A DNA stretch of 64,000 nucleotides, taken from the IMG/VR virus record IMGVR_UViG_3300032116_000006. One strand, given 5' to 3'. The position numbers and the translations under genes are program-made. The notes beneath the pieces are model-generated. The model searched no databases, had not been told where the DNA came from, and was given only the letters and a program-made list of their open reading frames with translations. Below are positions 53,582 through 63,618 of this stretch, piece by piece (the stretch's first letter is position 1; each line of letters begins with the position of its first letter). This DNA is from a virus (Duplodnaviria; Heunggongvirae; Uroviricota; Caudoviricetes).

Positions 53582-54306
53582 AAAATATCTGCATTTTAAA
53601 TATTGCAACAAATAAGTATATTCAATTTGTCAATCCACTATTAGATTCAATTGATTCTAACTTTTTAACGGGTCATAAAGTTGATGCTCTAGTCTTTACA
53701 AATCAAGAACTGGATGTAGAATCTGACAGAATTAAAATTTCTCAGATTGAACATGAGCCCTGGCCAATGCCAACATTAAAACGTTATCATTATTTTATTA
53801 AAGAAAAAGAGCATATTCTTAAGTATGATTATTGTTTCTATCTTGATGTTGATATGTTAATTGTAGACAAAGTTGGTGAAGAAATCTTAAGCGATTTAGT
53901 TGCAACTCAACATCCAGGAATGTGGTCATATTCTTCAGAACAATTTACATATGAAAGGCGCCCACAGAGTTCTGCATATGTTCCATTTGGAATTGGAAAC
54001 AAATATTATGCTGGTGGATTTAATGGTGGAACACCTCACAATTTTCTAAAAATGTCTGAAGTCATTGTGGATAATGTCAATAAAGATTTTGATAATGGTA
54101 TTATAGCTGAATGGCACGATGAATCTCATATGAATCGTTATCTTATTGATAAACCTCCTACTCTTGAATTGAATCCATCATATTGTTTCCCTGAAGGGGC
54201 AGACTTTGATGGAAAGCCGACAAAATTTTATCCATACGGCTGGAAAGTTCCTTTCTCACCAAAAATTATGGCATTACAAAAAAATCACAGTGAATTTCGC
54301 AAATGA
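53578..54306 (+). CDS. GT6 (ABO-like) glycosyltransferase
   Basis: IATNKY, WPMPTLKRY, FYLDVD, YYAGGFNGG, WHDESHMNRY. Confidence 0.9.
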   Translation: MKNICILNIATNKYIQFVNPLLDSIDSNFLTGHKVDALVFTNQELDVESDRIKISQIEHEPWPMPTLKRYHYFIKEKEHILKYDYCFYLDVDMLIVDKVGEEILSDLVATQHPGMWSYSSEQFTYERRPQSSAYVPFGIGNKYYAGGFNGGTPHNFLKMSEVIVDNVNKDFDNGIIAEWHDESHMNRYLIDKPPTLELNPSYCFPEGADFDGKPTKFYPYGWKVPFSPKIMALQKNHSEFRK

Positions 54307-55055
54307 AATTAGACTTAAGAAGTATTCCAATTTATTATATTAATCTAGACAAAGAAACAGAAAAAAATAAAAGAACTCAATTGCTTCTACAGCAAATGGG
54401 ATTTAAAGATATTCATAGAATCTCAGCAACTGAGCATAGTGCTGGGAGGATTGTTGGCTGTGCCAGATCTCATCATAAGATTCTTTCCCAACTTTCATCT
54501 CCTGCAATTATTATTGAAGATGATTGTGCACTTAATAAAGAATTTGATGGTTTTATTGACATCCCTGAAGATTCCGATGCTGTATATCTTGGCATTTCTC
54601 ATTGGGGTAGATATTTAAATCATTCTGGTCCATATGTTCACACGTCTAAAACTATTACTGAATGTGTAAGAGTTCATAATATGCTTGCAACACATGCAAT
54701 TTTATATTTGAAACAAGATTACATTAACAATTGTGCAAGAATAGCGAGATATTATGGATATACTATACATTGCCATGTTGATATTGGATTTGCAGAGTCT
54801 CAAAAATATTTCAATGTTTATGCCCTAGATGAACCACTTTTAAGGCAATATGAATGGTCTGCAATTACAACTGGACGACTTTCTGAAAATTCTATTGATA
54901 TATCACAAGCGGAAAACTTTTATCAGCAGATTTTGAAAGATGATTCAAATTTTTATAAGCTAAATGAGGAGTTCAAATCTCCTTTTCGTCTGTTAATAAG
55001 TAGACGTGATGTCAATGGCATTCCTGGCTATTTTGTTCCAACTAGAATTATATGA
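54303..55055 (+). CDS. GT25-like glycosyltransferase (paralog of 52245)
   Basis: YYINLD, GCARSH, IIEDD, shared NMLATHAILYL. Confidence 0.7.
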   Translation: MKLDLRSIPIYYINLDKETEKNKRTQLLLQQMGFKDIHRISATEHSAGRIVGCARSHHKILSQLSSPAIIIEDDCALNKEFDGFIDIPEDSDAVYLGISHWGRYLNHSGPYVHTSKTITECVRVHNMLATHAILYLKQDYINNCARIARYYGYTIHCHVDIGFAESQKYFNVYALDEPLLRQYEWSAITTGRLSENSIDISQAENFYQQILKDDSNFYKLNEEFKSPFRLLISRRDVNGIPGYFVPTRII

Positions 55056-55945
55056 AAAGTATTGTAACTGGCGGATGTGGATTTATTGGTTCACATATTG
55101 TTGATAAACTTATTGAGAATGGGCATGAAGTGATTGTCATTGACAGTCAAACATCCTCAACGAGAACTGAATATTTCTTTAACAATCTTGCAACGTATCA
55201 TAAAAAAGATCTAACACATTATGAAGAAGTTGAAAAACTTTTTGATGGAGTAAACTATGTTTTCCATTTAGCATCTGAAATTTCAATACCATATTGCATT
55301 GAAAATCCCAGAGAGACAATGCAAAATAATGTTATTTCTACTCTTAATGTTTTAGATGCATCTAAAAAACATTCAGTTAATAGAGTCATATTTTCATCAA
55401 CTTCAGCGGTTTATGGTAATGGACTTTGGCTCCCAAATTATGAAACTAATGGTGTTGATTGTTTGAATACATATTCAATTTCAAAGTATTCAAGTGAACA
55501 ACTCTGTAAAATGTACTATAAGTTATATGGTTTACAGACAATTATTTTTAGATATTTTAATGTTTATGGTGAACGTCAACCTATAAACGGAAGTTATGCT
55601 CCAGTTATTGGAATTTTTCTTAAACAGAAGAAAAATAATCAACCCCTAACTCTTATAGGTGAAGGATATCAAACTAGAGATTTTATTCATGTTTCAGATG
55701 TTGTATCTGCAAACATTTTAGCATCTCAAAAAGAAAATTTAGAATTTGGTGGTGTTTTTAATGTTGGGACTGGCATCGGAACGAGCATTGAAACTGTCGC
55801 AGATTTAATTTCTAAAGATCATTTATATCTTCCAGAACGACCCGGTGAAGTAGTGCATTCAAGAGCAAATATAGATAAAATTAAAGAGCAATTAAATTGG
55901 GAGCCAAAAATTGATGTATTAAAATGGATCAAAAAACAACTATGA
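55052..55945 (+). CDS. NAD-dependent nucleotide-sugar epimerase/dehydratase
   Basis: VTGGCGFIGSH, SSTSAVYG, YSISK, FRYFNVYG, RDFIHV. Confidence 0.9.
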   Translation: MKSIVTGGCGFIGSHIVDKLIENGHEVIVIDSQTSSTRTEYFFNNLATYHKKDLTHYEEVEKLFDGVNYVFHLASEISIPYCIENPRETMQNNVISTLNVLDASKKHSVNRVIFSSTSAVYGNGLWLPNYETNGVDCLNTYSISKYSSEQLCKMYYKLYGLQTIIFRYFNVYGERQPINGSYAPVIGIFLKQKKNNQPLTLIGEGYQTRDFIHVSDVVSANILASQKENLEFGGVFNVGTGIGTSIETVADLISKDHLYLPERPGEVVHSRANIDKIKEQLNWEPKIDVLKWIKKQL

Positions 55946-56691
55946 TTGAAGTCTTTATTTTTACATTCAATCGGCCAGATTTTTTGGAGATTCAAGTTGA
56001 CTGTCTCAAAAAGTTTATGGTGAATAAGTTTAGATTAAATATCATTCACGATACAAGAACATTTCAATTTTCTCAAGACTTCATTGATATATGTGAAAAA
56101 CTAAGAAGCAAATATAAAGATCTAGAAATTCTCTTTCAGCAACATTATACTCTAGAATCTCTATCTTCTTCTCAATATCATGCCAAGGTTTTGCAGTGGA
56201 CTACCGACAAATTAGTTGCATTTTCAAATGAAGAAATATGCCTCTTTCTAGATCATGATATTTTTCTAGTTGAAGAATTTGATCTAATTGAGGAATTAGA
56301 TGGCTACGATATCATGGGTCTTCAACAATCTCGCTCTGATGTTAAATATGTTTGGCCAGGTCTTGTTGCTTTTAAGGCTAATCTAGCTACAGAAATTGAT
56401 TGGAATTGTGGAGAGTATTATGGTCAGCTTTTAGATACTGGTGGTGGAACTTCTAAATTATTAAAAAATCCACAAGTTTGTTATAAGAGCTATAATGTTG
56501 AATATCCAGAAATGTATAAATCTTGGCATCTAAAAGATTTAAATATAACATTCGGCTATAACTTTGAACTACATAATGAAAAGTTTCTACATTATAGAAA
56601 TGCATGTAGTTGGGATACACAGTATATTCTAAGAGACACAAATAAAACTGAAATTTTATTTTCAATACTTAAAGATGTTTTGAATGGATAA
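55942..56691 (+). CDS. Putative GT-A fold glycosyltransferase
   Basis: FTFNRPDFL, LFLDHD (DxD), DTGG. Confidence 0.6.
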   Translation: MIEVFIFTFNRPDFLEIQVDCLKKFMVNKFRLNIIHDTRTFQFSQDFIDICEKLRSKYKDLEILFQQHYTLESLSSSQYHAKVLQWTTDKLVAFSNEEICLFLDHDIFLVEEFDLIEELDGYDIMGLQQSRSDVKYVWPGLVAFKANLATEIDWNCGEYYGQLLDTGGGTSKLLKNPQVCYKSYNVEYPEMYKSWHLKDLNITFGYNFELHNEKFLHYRNACSWDTQYILRDTNKTEILFSILKDVLNG

Positions 56692-57493
56692 GAATAAATC
56701 AATCTATAAACTCTCTAATCTACCTCCAATTTTTTACATTAATCTTGATGATCATGAAAAGCGTCGTAGATATATGGAGAATCAATTTTCATATTGGGAA
56801 ATTGAAAATTATACTAGAATTTCTGCATATGATGGAAGAAATTCAGATCTCAGTGAAATATTAAGGGGAACATACCCAGAAAATATGACGAGTGGAGAAA
56901 TTGGATGTACTTGTAGTCATTTAAAGGCTATTCAACATTGGTATAAAAATTCAGAGACTCCCTATGCAATCTTTATGGAGGACGATGTTGATATTAGCAT
57001 AGCTAAATTTTGGAATTTTACCTTTTCAGATTTTATCTCCAGAGCACCCTATGCCTGGGATTGTATTCAGTTAGCAATTATTTCAACAGGTGATATAAAT
57101 GTTTCAATCCATACAAGATTTGTTAATAGTTTCTCTACAGCTTGTTATGTTATTACTCGTCGGTATGCAAAAAAACTTATAGATTTACATGTAAGAGATG
57201 AAACTTATCGTTTAGATAATGGCGTAAAACCAAGAGCAACTGCAGATGATTTGATATATAATGCTGGCCTCACATATTCCTGTCCATTATTTCTCTATAC
57301 TCTAGAATTGGGCTCTTCAATACATCCAGAACATTTAGATGCATTTCACCGAAATTCTTATGAGGGCGTTTATAATTTTTGGTCTCAAATGGGAGCACAA
57401 TTAACTTTAGATCAAATTACTGACTATAATCCATATTTGGGTCGTGTCAGTGTGTCATCTGGTCAAGTGGCACAAGAAAATACCAACACTTAA
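56684..57493 (+). CDS. GT25 glycosyltransferase
   Basis: YINLD...RR, RISAYDG, GEIGCTCSH, FMEDD. Confidence 0.8.
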   Translation: MDKNKSIYKLSNLPPIFYINLDDHEKRRRYMENQFSYWEIENYTRISAYDGRNSDLSEILRGTYPENMTSGEIGCTCSHLKAIQHWYKNSETPYAIFMEDDVDISIAKFWNFTFSDFISRAPYAWDCIQLAIISTGDINVSIHTRFVNSFSTACYVITRRYAKKLIDLHVRDETYRLDNGVKPRATADDLIYNAGLTYSCPLFLYTLELGSSIHPEHLDAFHRNSYEGVYNFWSQMGAQLTLDQITDYNPYLGRVSVSSGQVAQENTNT

Positions 57494-57530
57494 AAATTAT
57501 GCTAGATTAAAGAGGTGGGATAAAAATCTA

Positions 57531-58235
57531 ATGCTTATTGAACAACCATTTCCAAATAATTACCCAGAACCCTCTATTTTAAGGCAACCATATTCTGCAC
57601 TAATAGCAACCAATGCAAATAGAAATCTTTCAATAATCACTCTTGAAGTTTCACCAGATAGCGTACCAGAAGATGAAGACAATAAATTACTATTTAAATT
57701 TACTAGATCTGGAGATCTTAAAAATCCTCTGATTGTTTATTATAATGTAACTGGCACCGCAGAATATAAAAAAGATTATAAAGCTTCCTTTTCAGAATCT
57801 GAAATACAGCAACTTTTTATCCCATCTGGTGTGTCTTCTGTTATTGTTGAAGTTATTCCAATTGAAGACCGTAAATTAGAAACAGATGAAACTGTGATTT
57901 TGTCAATTGTTCCAGATGATTCTTATAATTTGGGAACAGTAGATGATGTTTATGGTGTTATTCGTGGAAATAAAGCTGCATTTGCCTGGTTAAATTATGC
58001 ACCCATTGCAGCTTTTGCTACACCTCTTGTACTTTCACCATGGGATAATAACATTTATTCTAGAGATAAAACGGGTGATTCTGAGAAAAAAGAGCCACCC
58101 AACGTTCCAAAACCCGAATGTATTTCTAATTGCTATTATGTTCCAGAACCATTTTCAATTTTAGCTATATTTGAGGGCTATAAAAAAACCCGTAAATTTC
58201 GTAAACTAAGTAAAAGAGTTAAATCACATGATTGA
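57531..58235 (+). CDS. Calx-beta domain protein with PEP-CTERM-like tail
   Basis: FTRSGDL...VYYNVTGTA...DETVILSI; VPEPFSILAIF followed by a K/R-rich end. Confidence 0.6.
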   Translation: MLIEQPFPNNYPEPSILRQPYSALIATNANRNLSIITLEVSPDSVPEDEDNKLLFKFTRSGDLKNPLIVYYNVTGTAEYKKDYKASFSESEIQQLFIPSGVSSVIVEVIPIEDRKLETDETVILSIVPDDSYNLGTVDDVYGVIRGNKAAFAWLNYAPIAAFATPLVLSPWDNNIYSRDKTGDSEKKEPPNVPKPECISNCYYVPEPFSILAIFEGYKKTRKFRKLSKRVKSHD

Positions 58236-58659
58236 TATTGTTTTTTCTCAGCCTGAAGGTCTCTCCAAAAGTGGCACAAGAAAGTGGAATAAAGAAGTTA
58301 AATCTATCAGGTTTCTCGGGGAGGCCCAGAAGGTTATTCATATAAATGATACTAATTTTCCAGATCTCAATTATAGACATTTTGAAACCCATGCTGCTTA
58401 TTATAAATTTACTAATGATAGAGAAAACTGGAATTATTTCTTAACCTTTTTTAAAGACTTAGCTCCTACATCTGTTTTAGAATTATTTTATAACTTTAAT
58501 AATTATGGTTCAGTTGTAGATGAAACAACAATTGGAATATTCATAAAAAATTTACTCACACAAATAAAAGAAATGCATGAAACAATATTGAGGTGTGAAT
58601 CTGAAATTGAGGATCTTAAGAGTTCTGTAAGGAGTTTAGAGTGGGATGCTAGGTCTTGA
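58228..58659 (+). CDS. Hypothetical protein
   Basis: Coupled ORF. Confidence 0.65.
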   Translation: MIDIVFSQPEGLSKSGTRKWNKEVKSIRFLGEAQKVIHINDTNFPDLNYRHFETHAAYYKFTNDRENWNYFLTFFKDLAPTSVLELFYNFNNYGSVVDETTIGIFIKNLLTQIKEMHETILRCESEIEDLKSSVRSLEWDARS

Positions 58660-58710
58660 CACCGGCTCTCCAACGTGCTATGATCAACATAAGTCGCAAA
58701 CCCATCCCAA

Positions 58711-59265
58711 ATGAACCAATCTGAGATTTCTATTGAAATTGAAAAAGTTGAACAGCAACTTTCAGAGTTGCGAGAAAAATTAAAAAAATCTGAAACAAAA
58801 ACACCAAGAGAAGCAAAAATTGGAGACAAATTGGCTGATGGTTCCATTGTTGTTGAAACATTTCCAAATGCCATTTTAGTTGTTGCTCCCAAAGAGACCG
58901 AATATGTTATTAATTCAACAGATGTTCTCGGTGATTATATTTTGTCTTTTGATTTGGCTTTTGGTAAAATTTCGTATAGTAATAGTCATGAGTGGTTTGC
59001 CCCATCATTAGAAATTCTGGAGAGTTCTATGCGAAAGGTTCCAGATGCCTTTAATGAAAAGGAATATTACATTTCAACTACGAAAATTACACCAACCACT
59101 CAGAGTATATCGGCTTCCGGCGTAATTCAACATGGCTTTGTATATTTTGGGTTCTTAGGTGGCCCCGGCCGCCGAGCCTGGAGATATTTTCACAGCTCCA
59201 ATCAGGTAAAACGTGGTCCTAAATTTAAAATACACCAAAGACTTTTCCGTTTCATTGCATTTTAA
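58711..59265 (+). CDS. Hypothetical protein with N-terminal coiled coil
   Basis: Follows a TTGACA...TGCTATGAT promoter-like sequence. Confidence 0.65.
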   Translation: MNQSEISIEIEKVEQQLSELREKLKKSETKTPREAKIGDKLADGSIVVETFPNAILVVAPKETEYVINSTDVLGDYILSFDLAFGKISYSNSHEWFAPSLEILESSMRKVPDAFNEKEYYISTTKITPTTQSISASGVIQHGFVYFGFLGGPGRRAWRYFHSSNQVKRGPKFKIHQRLFRFIAF

Positions 59266-59269
59266 ACCA

Positions 59270-59422
59270 ATGAAACTTTCAAAAACAGATCTAAAAAATC
59301 TTGATAGGGTTCTAACCACTACACTCAAATTGATTCCAAATTCTAATAAAACAGATATTTCTACAATTGAATTAAAAGAACTACAAGTGAGAATACAGGA
59401 GGAAATAATTTATGAGGATTAA
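59270..59422 (+). CDS. Small hypothetical protein
   Basis: 50-aa ORF. Confidence 0.5.
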   Translation: MKLSKTDLKNLDRVLTTTLKLIPNSNKTDISTIELKELQVRIQEEIIYED

Positions 59423-60191
59423 GCAATTAAGTGATTTACATTTAGAATGTAATTATCCAGGTGAATATTTTGATCCGGGTGAAGGTGATGTTCTTATTTT
59501 AGCTGGAGATATTCTTAATGTAAAACATTTTAAGACCGATGGGTATTATAACGATATTTACCGTAAATTTTTAGATGATTGTTCTAAAAATTTTCAGGAG
59601 GTGTTATATGTAGCTGGTAATCACGAATTCTATTCTTATACCTATGAAAAGACTCATACAAAATTAAGAGAAATCCTACCAGATAACATACATTTTCTCC
59701 AAAATGATGTCTTTGAGATTGGTGGAATTTATTTTATAGGATTCACATTTTGGACCAATTATTTCAATGAAAATCCTATAGAAATGTGGGATTCAAAAAA
59801 CTACATGAATGATTATAAAGCTATAAGAATTGGTCCTAATTATAGAAAAATACAGCCATATGATATCTTGGATGAGCACAAAAAACATTTGAGATTTCTT
59901 AATGAAAAATTGGAACTTCTTAAAAACGAAAGAATTTTCGTAATTAGCCATCATAGCCCAACTCTTCAATCCATTGCAGAACAGTATAAAACCTCCCAAT
60001 GCAATGGATCATTCTGCAGTGATTATGATGAATTAATTATAAGCAATCCACAAATAAAAAATTGGGCTTTTGGTCACGTTCATACTGCCTTTGATTTTTA
60101 TAATGAATCCTGTAGAATGACCTGCAACCCTCGCGGCCGCCGCTGGGAATCCACAGGGTTCAATAAGAATTTTACCATTGAAATTCCATGA
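59412..60191 (+). CDS. Calcineurin-like metallophosphoesterase
   Basis: SDLH, AGDI, GNHE, SHH, FGHVH. Confidence 0.88.
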   Translation: MRIKQLSDLHLECNYPGEYFDPGEGDVLILAGDILNVKHFKTDGYYNDIYRKFLDDCSKNFQEVLYVAGNHEFYSYTYEKTHTKLREILPDNIHFLQNDVFEIGGIYFIGFTFWTNYFNENPIEMWDSKNYMNDYKAIRIGPNYRKIQPYDILDEHKKHLRFLNEKLELLKNERIFVISHHSPTLQSIAEQYKTSQCNGSFCSDYDELIISNPQIKNWAFGHVHTAFDFYNESCRMTCNPRGRRWESTGFNKNFTIEIP

Positions 60192-60315
60192 AAAATTTTA
60201 TTTTCAATCGCATAATCACTTATATCATTTTAACCGAGCCTGGTTTTAAAGAACAAATTGTGATTATTCTCACGCTATTAAAACTTAAAATACAAACATT
60301 TTTTAAAAACCTCAA

Positions 60316-60909
60316 ATGATTGACACTGATGATCTAAAACAACTTAATATTTTAACTGCCAATCTAAAAAAAGATAGTGAATCCACTGCTAATTACACAA
60401 TAGAACTTCTTGAATGTCTTCTTAAGCGGTATAATCTAAGAGTTTCACTTAATTCAGAAATTGAAATGGAAGACATTCCAGATGAGATCATAAAAACATT
60501 GAAAGAAGGAAGAGTTCCAACAGTGGAAGATTTGCTTCCATTGGATTCAGAAACGCAAAATATTCTTATTATGGAAATGATTTGGTTTGCTGGTATGAAT
60601 AGAATTGCATCTTATAGTCATGATGAAGACCTAGAGGAAGGAGAACCTTCACCAATTGAATGTATTCTAGCGATGCAGGATGTTTCTATGGCGCATTCGT
60701 ATGGTAGCTATCTATTTGCAGCTCTTGCATTATTAATGTCAGCTATTCCATCATATGATTTTGTCAATGCTCTATGTAATAATTTTGAAGATACTCCAGA
60801 AAACATTAAAAATATTATAAATCATTTCGTTGAAGTTGTCATTTCAATCCATTCTAGGCATGTTGAAGATATGACTTGGTTCTTTGATTTTAAAGATGAT
60901 GAAGTTTGA
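60316..60909 (+). CDS. Acidic hypothetical protein
   Basis: 197-aa ORF. Confidence 0.65.
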   Translation: MIDTDDLKQLNILTANLKKDSESTANYTIELLECLLKRYNLRVSLNSEIEMEDIPDEIIKTLKEGRVPTVEDLLPLDSETQNILIMEMIWFAGMNRIASYSHDEDLEEGEPSPIECILAMQDVSMAHSYGSYLFAALALLMSAIPSYDFVNALCNNFEDTPENIKNIINHFVEVVISIHSRHVEDMTWFFDFKDDEV

Positions 60910-61069
60910 TGAATGGTTTCATGAGCAAGACTATTTTGGCTCAAGGAGTAAAAAGTTCTTTAATGAGTGTGAGCTATATTTAAAGAAAGGTAATGGTATG
61001 GAATTAGAGGGCGAACGTATTTTTCTTTCTTGGATTAAGGAAGCATTTGAAAATGGCAAAAAAACGTAG
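60899..61069 (+). CDS. Small protein, standalone version of the 33993 C-terminal domain
   Basis: FDEWFHEQDYFGSRSKKFFNECE...WIKEAFENG. Confidence 0.6.
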   Translation: MKFDEWFHEQDYFGSRSKKFFNECELYLKKGNGMELEGERIFLSWIKEAFENGKKT

Positions 61070-61289
61070 AGGGACAATAAAGGTTACACCACCAGCAAAT
61101 ATTCTTCCACAAAAATCAGATCCCTCTGATGTACCATTTCATGTGGCTTTTCCGATTGAAATGCACCATTTAGATAATGGAGAAAAGAAAATTTGTTGGT
61201 TTAAAGATAAGATTGATTGCCAGAAATATATTGCACGTTATAAACTTAAAGTTAATCAAATCACTATACAAAAAACCAAGGCAAAATGA
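61053..61289 (+). CDS. Small basic protein
   Basis: FPIEMHHLDNGEKKICWFK. Confidence 0.65.
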   Translation: MAKKRRGTIKVTPPANILPQKSDPSDVPFHVAFPIEMHHLDNGEKKICWFKDKIDCQKYIARYKLKVNQITIQKTKAK

Positions 61290-61756
61290 TTAAAACAATC
61301 TCTGGAAATATTATTGATCTTGCAGAAGAGGGAAAATTTGACTATATTATCCATGGGTGTAATTGTTTTCACTCAATGGGCAGTGGCCTTGCTGGCCAAT
61401 TAGTTAAACGATATCCCATGATTTTGGAAGCCGACAAGACAACTAAGCGTGGGGATATTGAAAAGTTAGGAACTTGGACTGCCACTAAGGTTCATAATAA
61501 TGGGAATCAATTCACAATTGTTAATGCATATACACAATTTTTCTTTGGGGTGGGCGGAGATGTTTTTGAATATGCTGCTTTTGATAGATTTTTAGATGAA
61601 TTTAATATATTTTTGGGGATGACACGATTTAATCAAAAACGAATAGCATTCCCAAAAATTGGAGCTGGACTTGCTGGCGGTGATTGGATTCGCATTTTGG
61701 GATCAATTGAACGTTTTGCACAAACACAAGATGTCACTGTTGTTGAATATGTATAA
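61286..61756 (+). CDS. Macro domain protein
   Basis: GNII, HGCNCFHSMGSGLA, IVNAYTQ, FPKIGAGLAGGDW. Confidence 0.88.
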   Translation: MIKTISGNIIDLAEEGKFDYIIHGCNCFHSMGSGLAGQLVKRYPMILEADKTTKRGDIEKLGTWTATKVHNNGNQFTIVNAYTQFFFGVGGDVFEYAAFDRFLDEFNIFLGMTRFNQKRIAFPKIGAGLAGGDWIRILGSIERFAQTQDVTVVEYV

Positions 61757-61956
61757 TGAAATACAGAATCAAAAAGACAATAGATATTGGTGGATGTCCA
61801 CAATTTATACCACAATTTAAAAAGTTTGGAATTTATTGGGACTTCTGGGAAGTTAATTTTCCGCCACATAAAATATCTTTGGGATTTAAAGAGGATGCTG
61901 AACGTTTCATTCAAAGACAAAAACAAAAACCAAAAGATGAATTTTTTTATCTTTGA
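61756..61956 (+). CDS. Small hypothetical protein
   Basis: MKYRIKK...FIPQFK. Confidence 0.6.
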   Translation: MKYRIKKTIDIGGCPQFIPQFKKFGIYWDFWEVNFPPHKISLGFKEDAERFIQRQKQKPKDEFFYL

Positions 61957-62008
61957 TGTGCCATTTCAAGAACCGTCCATAATTTATCCATTTTGAGCAA
62001 AATGCCTT

Positions 62009-63028
62009 ATGATTAATCAGTCCCAGAAAAAAAGCATGTTACCCGAAATCAGCCTTAGAGAATACGATTTTTCAGACTTTCAGATTTCGAATTTTGTTAA
62101 TGATTTTTGGAAATCTGGAGTTCATCTTTTTAGAGAGAAACATAATTTTAATGCCACAAATGAAATGATCGTTTCATTTTTTTCTGAACACCTTTCAGAA
62201 TATTTAATTTCTCAAAATCATTATAATATGCTCTTCAGAACCATTAACTGCATTGTTCATATTGAATATGCAGCTCATGGTACTGCTCGTGCCCGGTTGT
62301 ATGGATCTAGAGAAGAGGTGGATAGAGTTAAGAAATTGTTCAGTCAACATTTCGGTGAAATCGGTGCAACTATAGAGTGGGTTTATAATCAAAAAGGTGA
62401 CACAATTACTCTACCTCTTAATATGGATCAGTATCCAATCAAAGAGTTTTATCCATTTCTTGGTGAAAAAACTCTAGAGAGTTATTATGATGAATTTATG
62501 AAATCTAATTCATCTATTATGGTTCTTATTGGACCATCTGGAACAGGGAAAACTACATTTCTTCGTGGTCTTATTGGTCACACAAATAGCAAAGCCACAC
62601 TTTCATATGATTCTAAAGTTTTAGAAAATGACGACTTTTTTGCCGAATTCATCAAAGACGATGAGTGTGATATTCTAGTTCTTGAGGATGCTGACAATTT
62701 CATTATACCACGCAAAGAAGGTAATATGCTAATGATGAAATTCCTTAATGTTGGCGGCGGATTGGTGAGTTCGTCCAATAAGAAGATCATTTTTACTACA
62801 AATCTCCCATCCATTAAAGAGATTGATTCTGCACTAATTAGACCTGGACGATGCTTTGATATTCTCCATTTTGATAAATTATCGGCTGAAGATGCAAATA
62901 AAGTTGCAGAAAAATTAAACTTTGAGAATGTATCATTCTCTGAAGAGGTTACCTTAGCTGAAATTTTTAACACCAAGCCTTTTTCCAGCGCGATTCAACC
63001 CAAAAAAGTCGGGTTCAATGTCTCTTAA
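62009..63028 (+). CDS. AAA+ ATPase
   Basis: GPSGTGKT, LVLEDAD, FTTN, DSALIRPGR. Confidence 0.88.
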   Translation: MINQSQKKSMLPEISLREYDFSDFQISNFVNDFWKSGVHLFREKHNFNATNEMIVSFFSEHLSEYLISQNHYNMLFRTINCIVHIEYAAHGTARARLYGSREEVDRVKKLFSQHFGEIGATIEWVYNQKGDTITLPLNMDQYPIKEFYPFLGEKTLESYYDEFMKSNSSIMVLIGPSGTGKTTFLRGLIGHTNSKATLSYDSKVLENDDFFAEFIKDDECDILVLEDADNFIIPRKEGNMLMMKFLNVGGGLVSSSNKKIIFTTNLPSIKEIDSALIRPGRCFDILHFDKLSAEDANKVAEKLNFENVSFSEEVTLAEIFNTKPFSSAIQPKKVGFNVS

Positions 63029-63112
63029 GCATTCTACATTGAACCCCAAAAGTCAACTTCTAGTAGTCTAGAAGCATTTAAGCCCAAACTCACAACCACA
63101 CTTAAACTCAAC

Positions 63113-63388
63113 ATGGCTCTAACTGACCGAGATAAAAACTATATGCAAGAGGCCTTTGGGACCACTTCTCTTGTCACTGATTACCGTACCGAAAGAAATG
63201 TTGTTCTAACAATGGAGGATGTCATTGCACAACTCAAACACATTAGCAGCCCAACTGAAGATGAAGTTAAAGAAACTCTAACTGAACAATCACTACAAAA
63301 TGATGCATTTTTCTTTGATTTTGGTCATAGGCTAGGAATGAAGCGTTGTGCAGAATTAACACTACAACTACTTGAGAAACTACAATGA
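63113..63388 (+). CDS. Hypothetical protein
   Basis: 91-aa ORF. Confidence 0.65.
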   Translation: MALTDRDKNYMQEAFGTTSLVTDYRTERNVVLTMEDVIAQLKHISSPTEDEVKETLTEQSLQNDAFFFDFGHRLGMKRCAELTLQLLEKLQ

Positions 63389-63618
63389 ATAAAATTTCTG
63401 AACGAGTTATTGAAGAGCTTAATGAAGCTGCAAGTCACATTAGAAATGCTCTAAGTTTTGCCTCAAGATCAGAGAACCCCGCAACTATTTGCAATCTTGA
63501 TATGATTCTTCGTTCTATTGAAAATATTCCAGCCTACGATGCAAACGTTGAGGCCAGAAAAATGCTACAACAAAAACTTATGCAAATGATGAATGGAGAG
63601 CAACCACCAACCCTTTGA
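63385..63618 (+). CDS. Hypothetical protein
   Basis: EAASHIRNALSFASRSE. Confidence 0.65.
   Translation: MNKISERVIEELNEAASHIRNALSFASRSENPATICNLDMILRSIENIPAYDANVEARKMLQQKLMQMMNGEQPPTL

Noticed and set aside
113-62976. Minus-strand and nested ORFs of the track (e.g. 113-445, 15823-16044, 39755-40105, 58503-58892, 62578-62976; plus 3583-3768, 44006-44188)
   Set aside because: They are shadows of recognisable + genes or RNA elements and have no motifs; 3583-3768 is just the repeat in another frame and 44006-44188 overlies E3 and tRNA-Pro.
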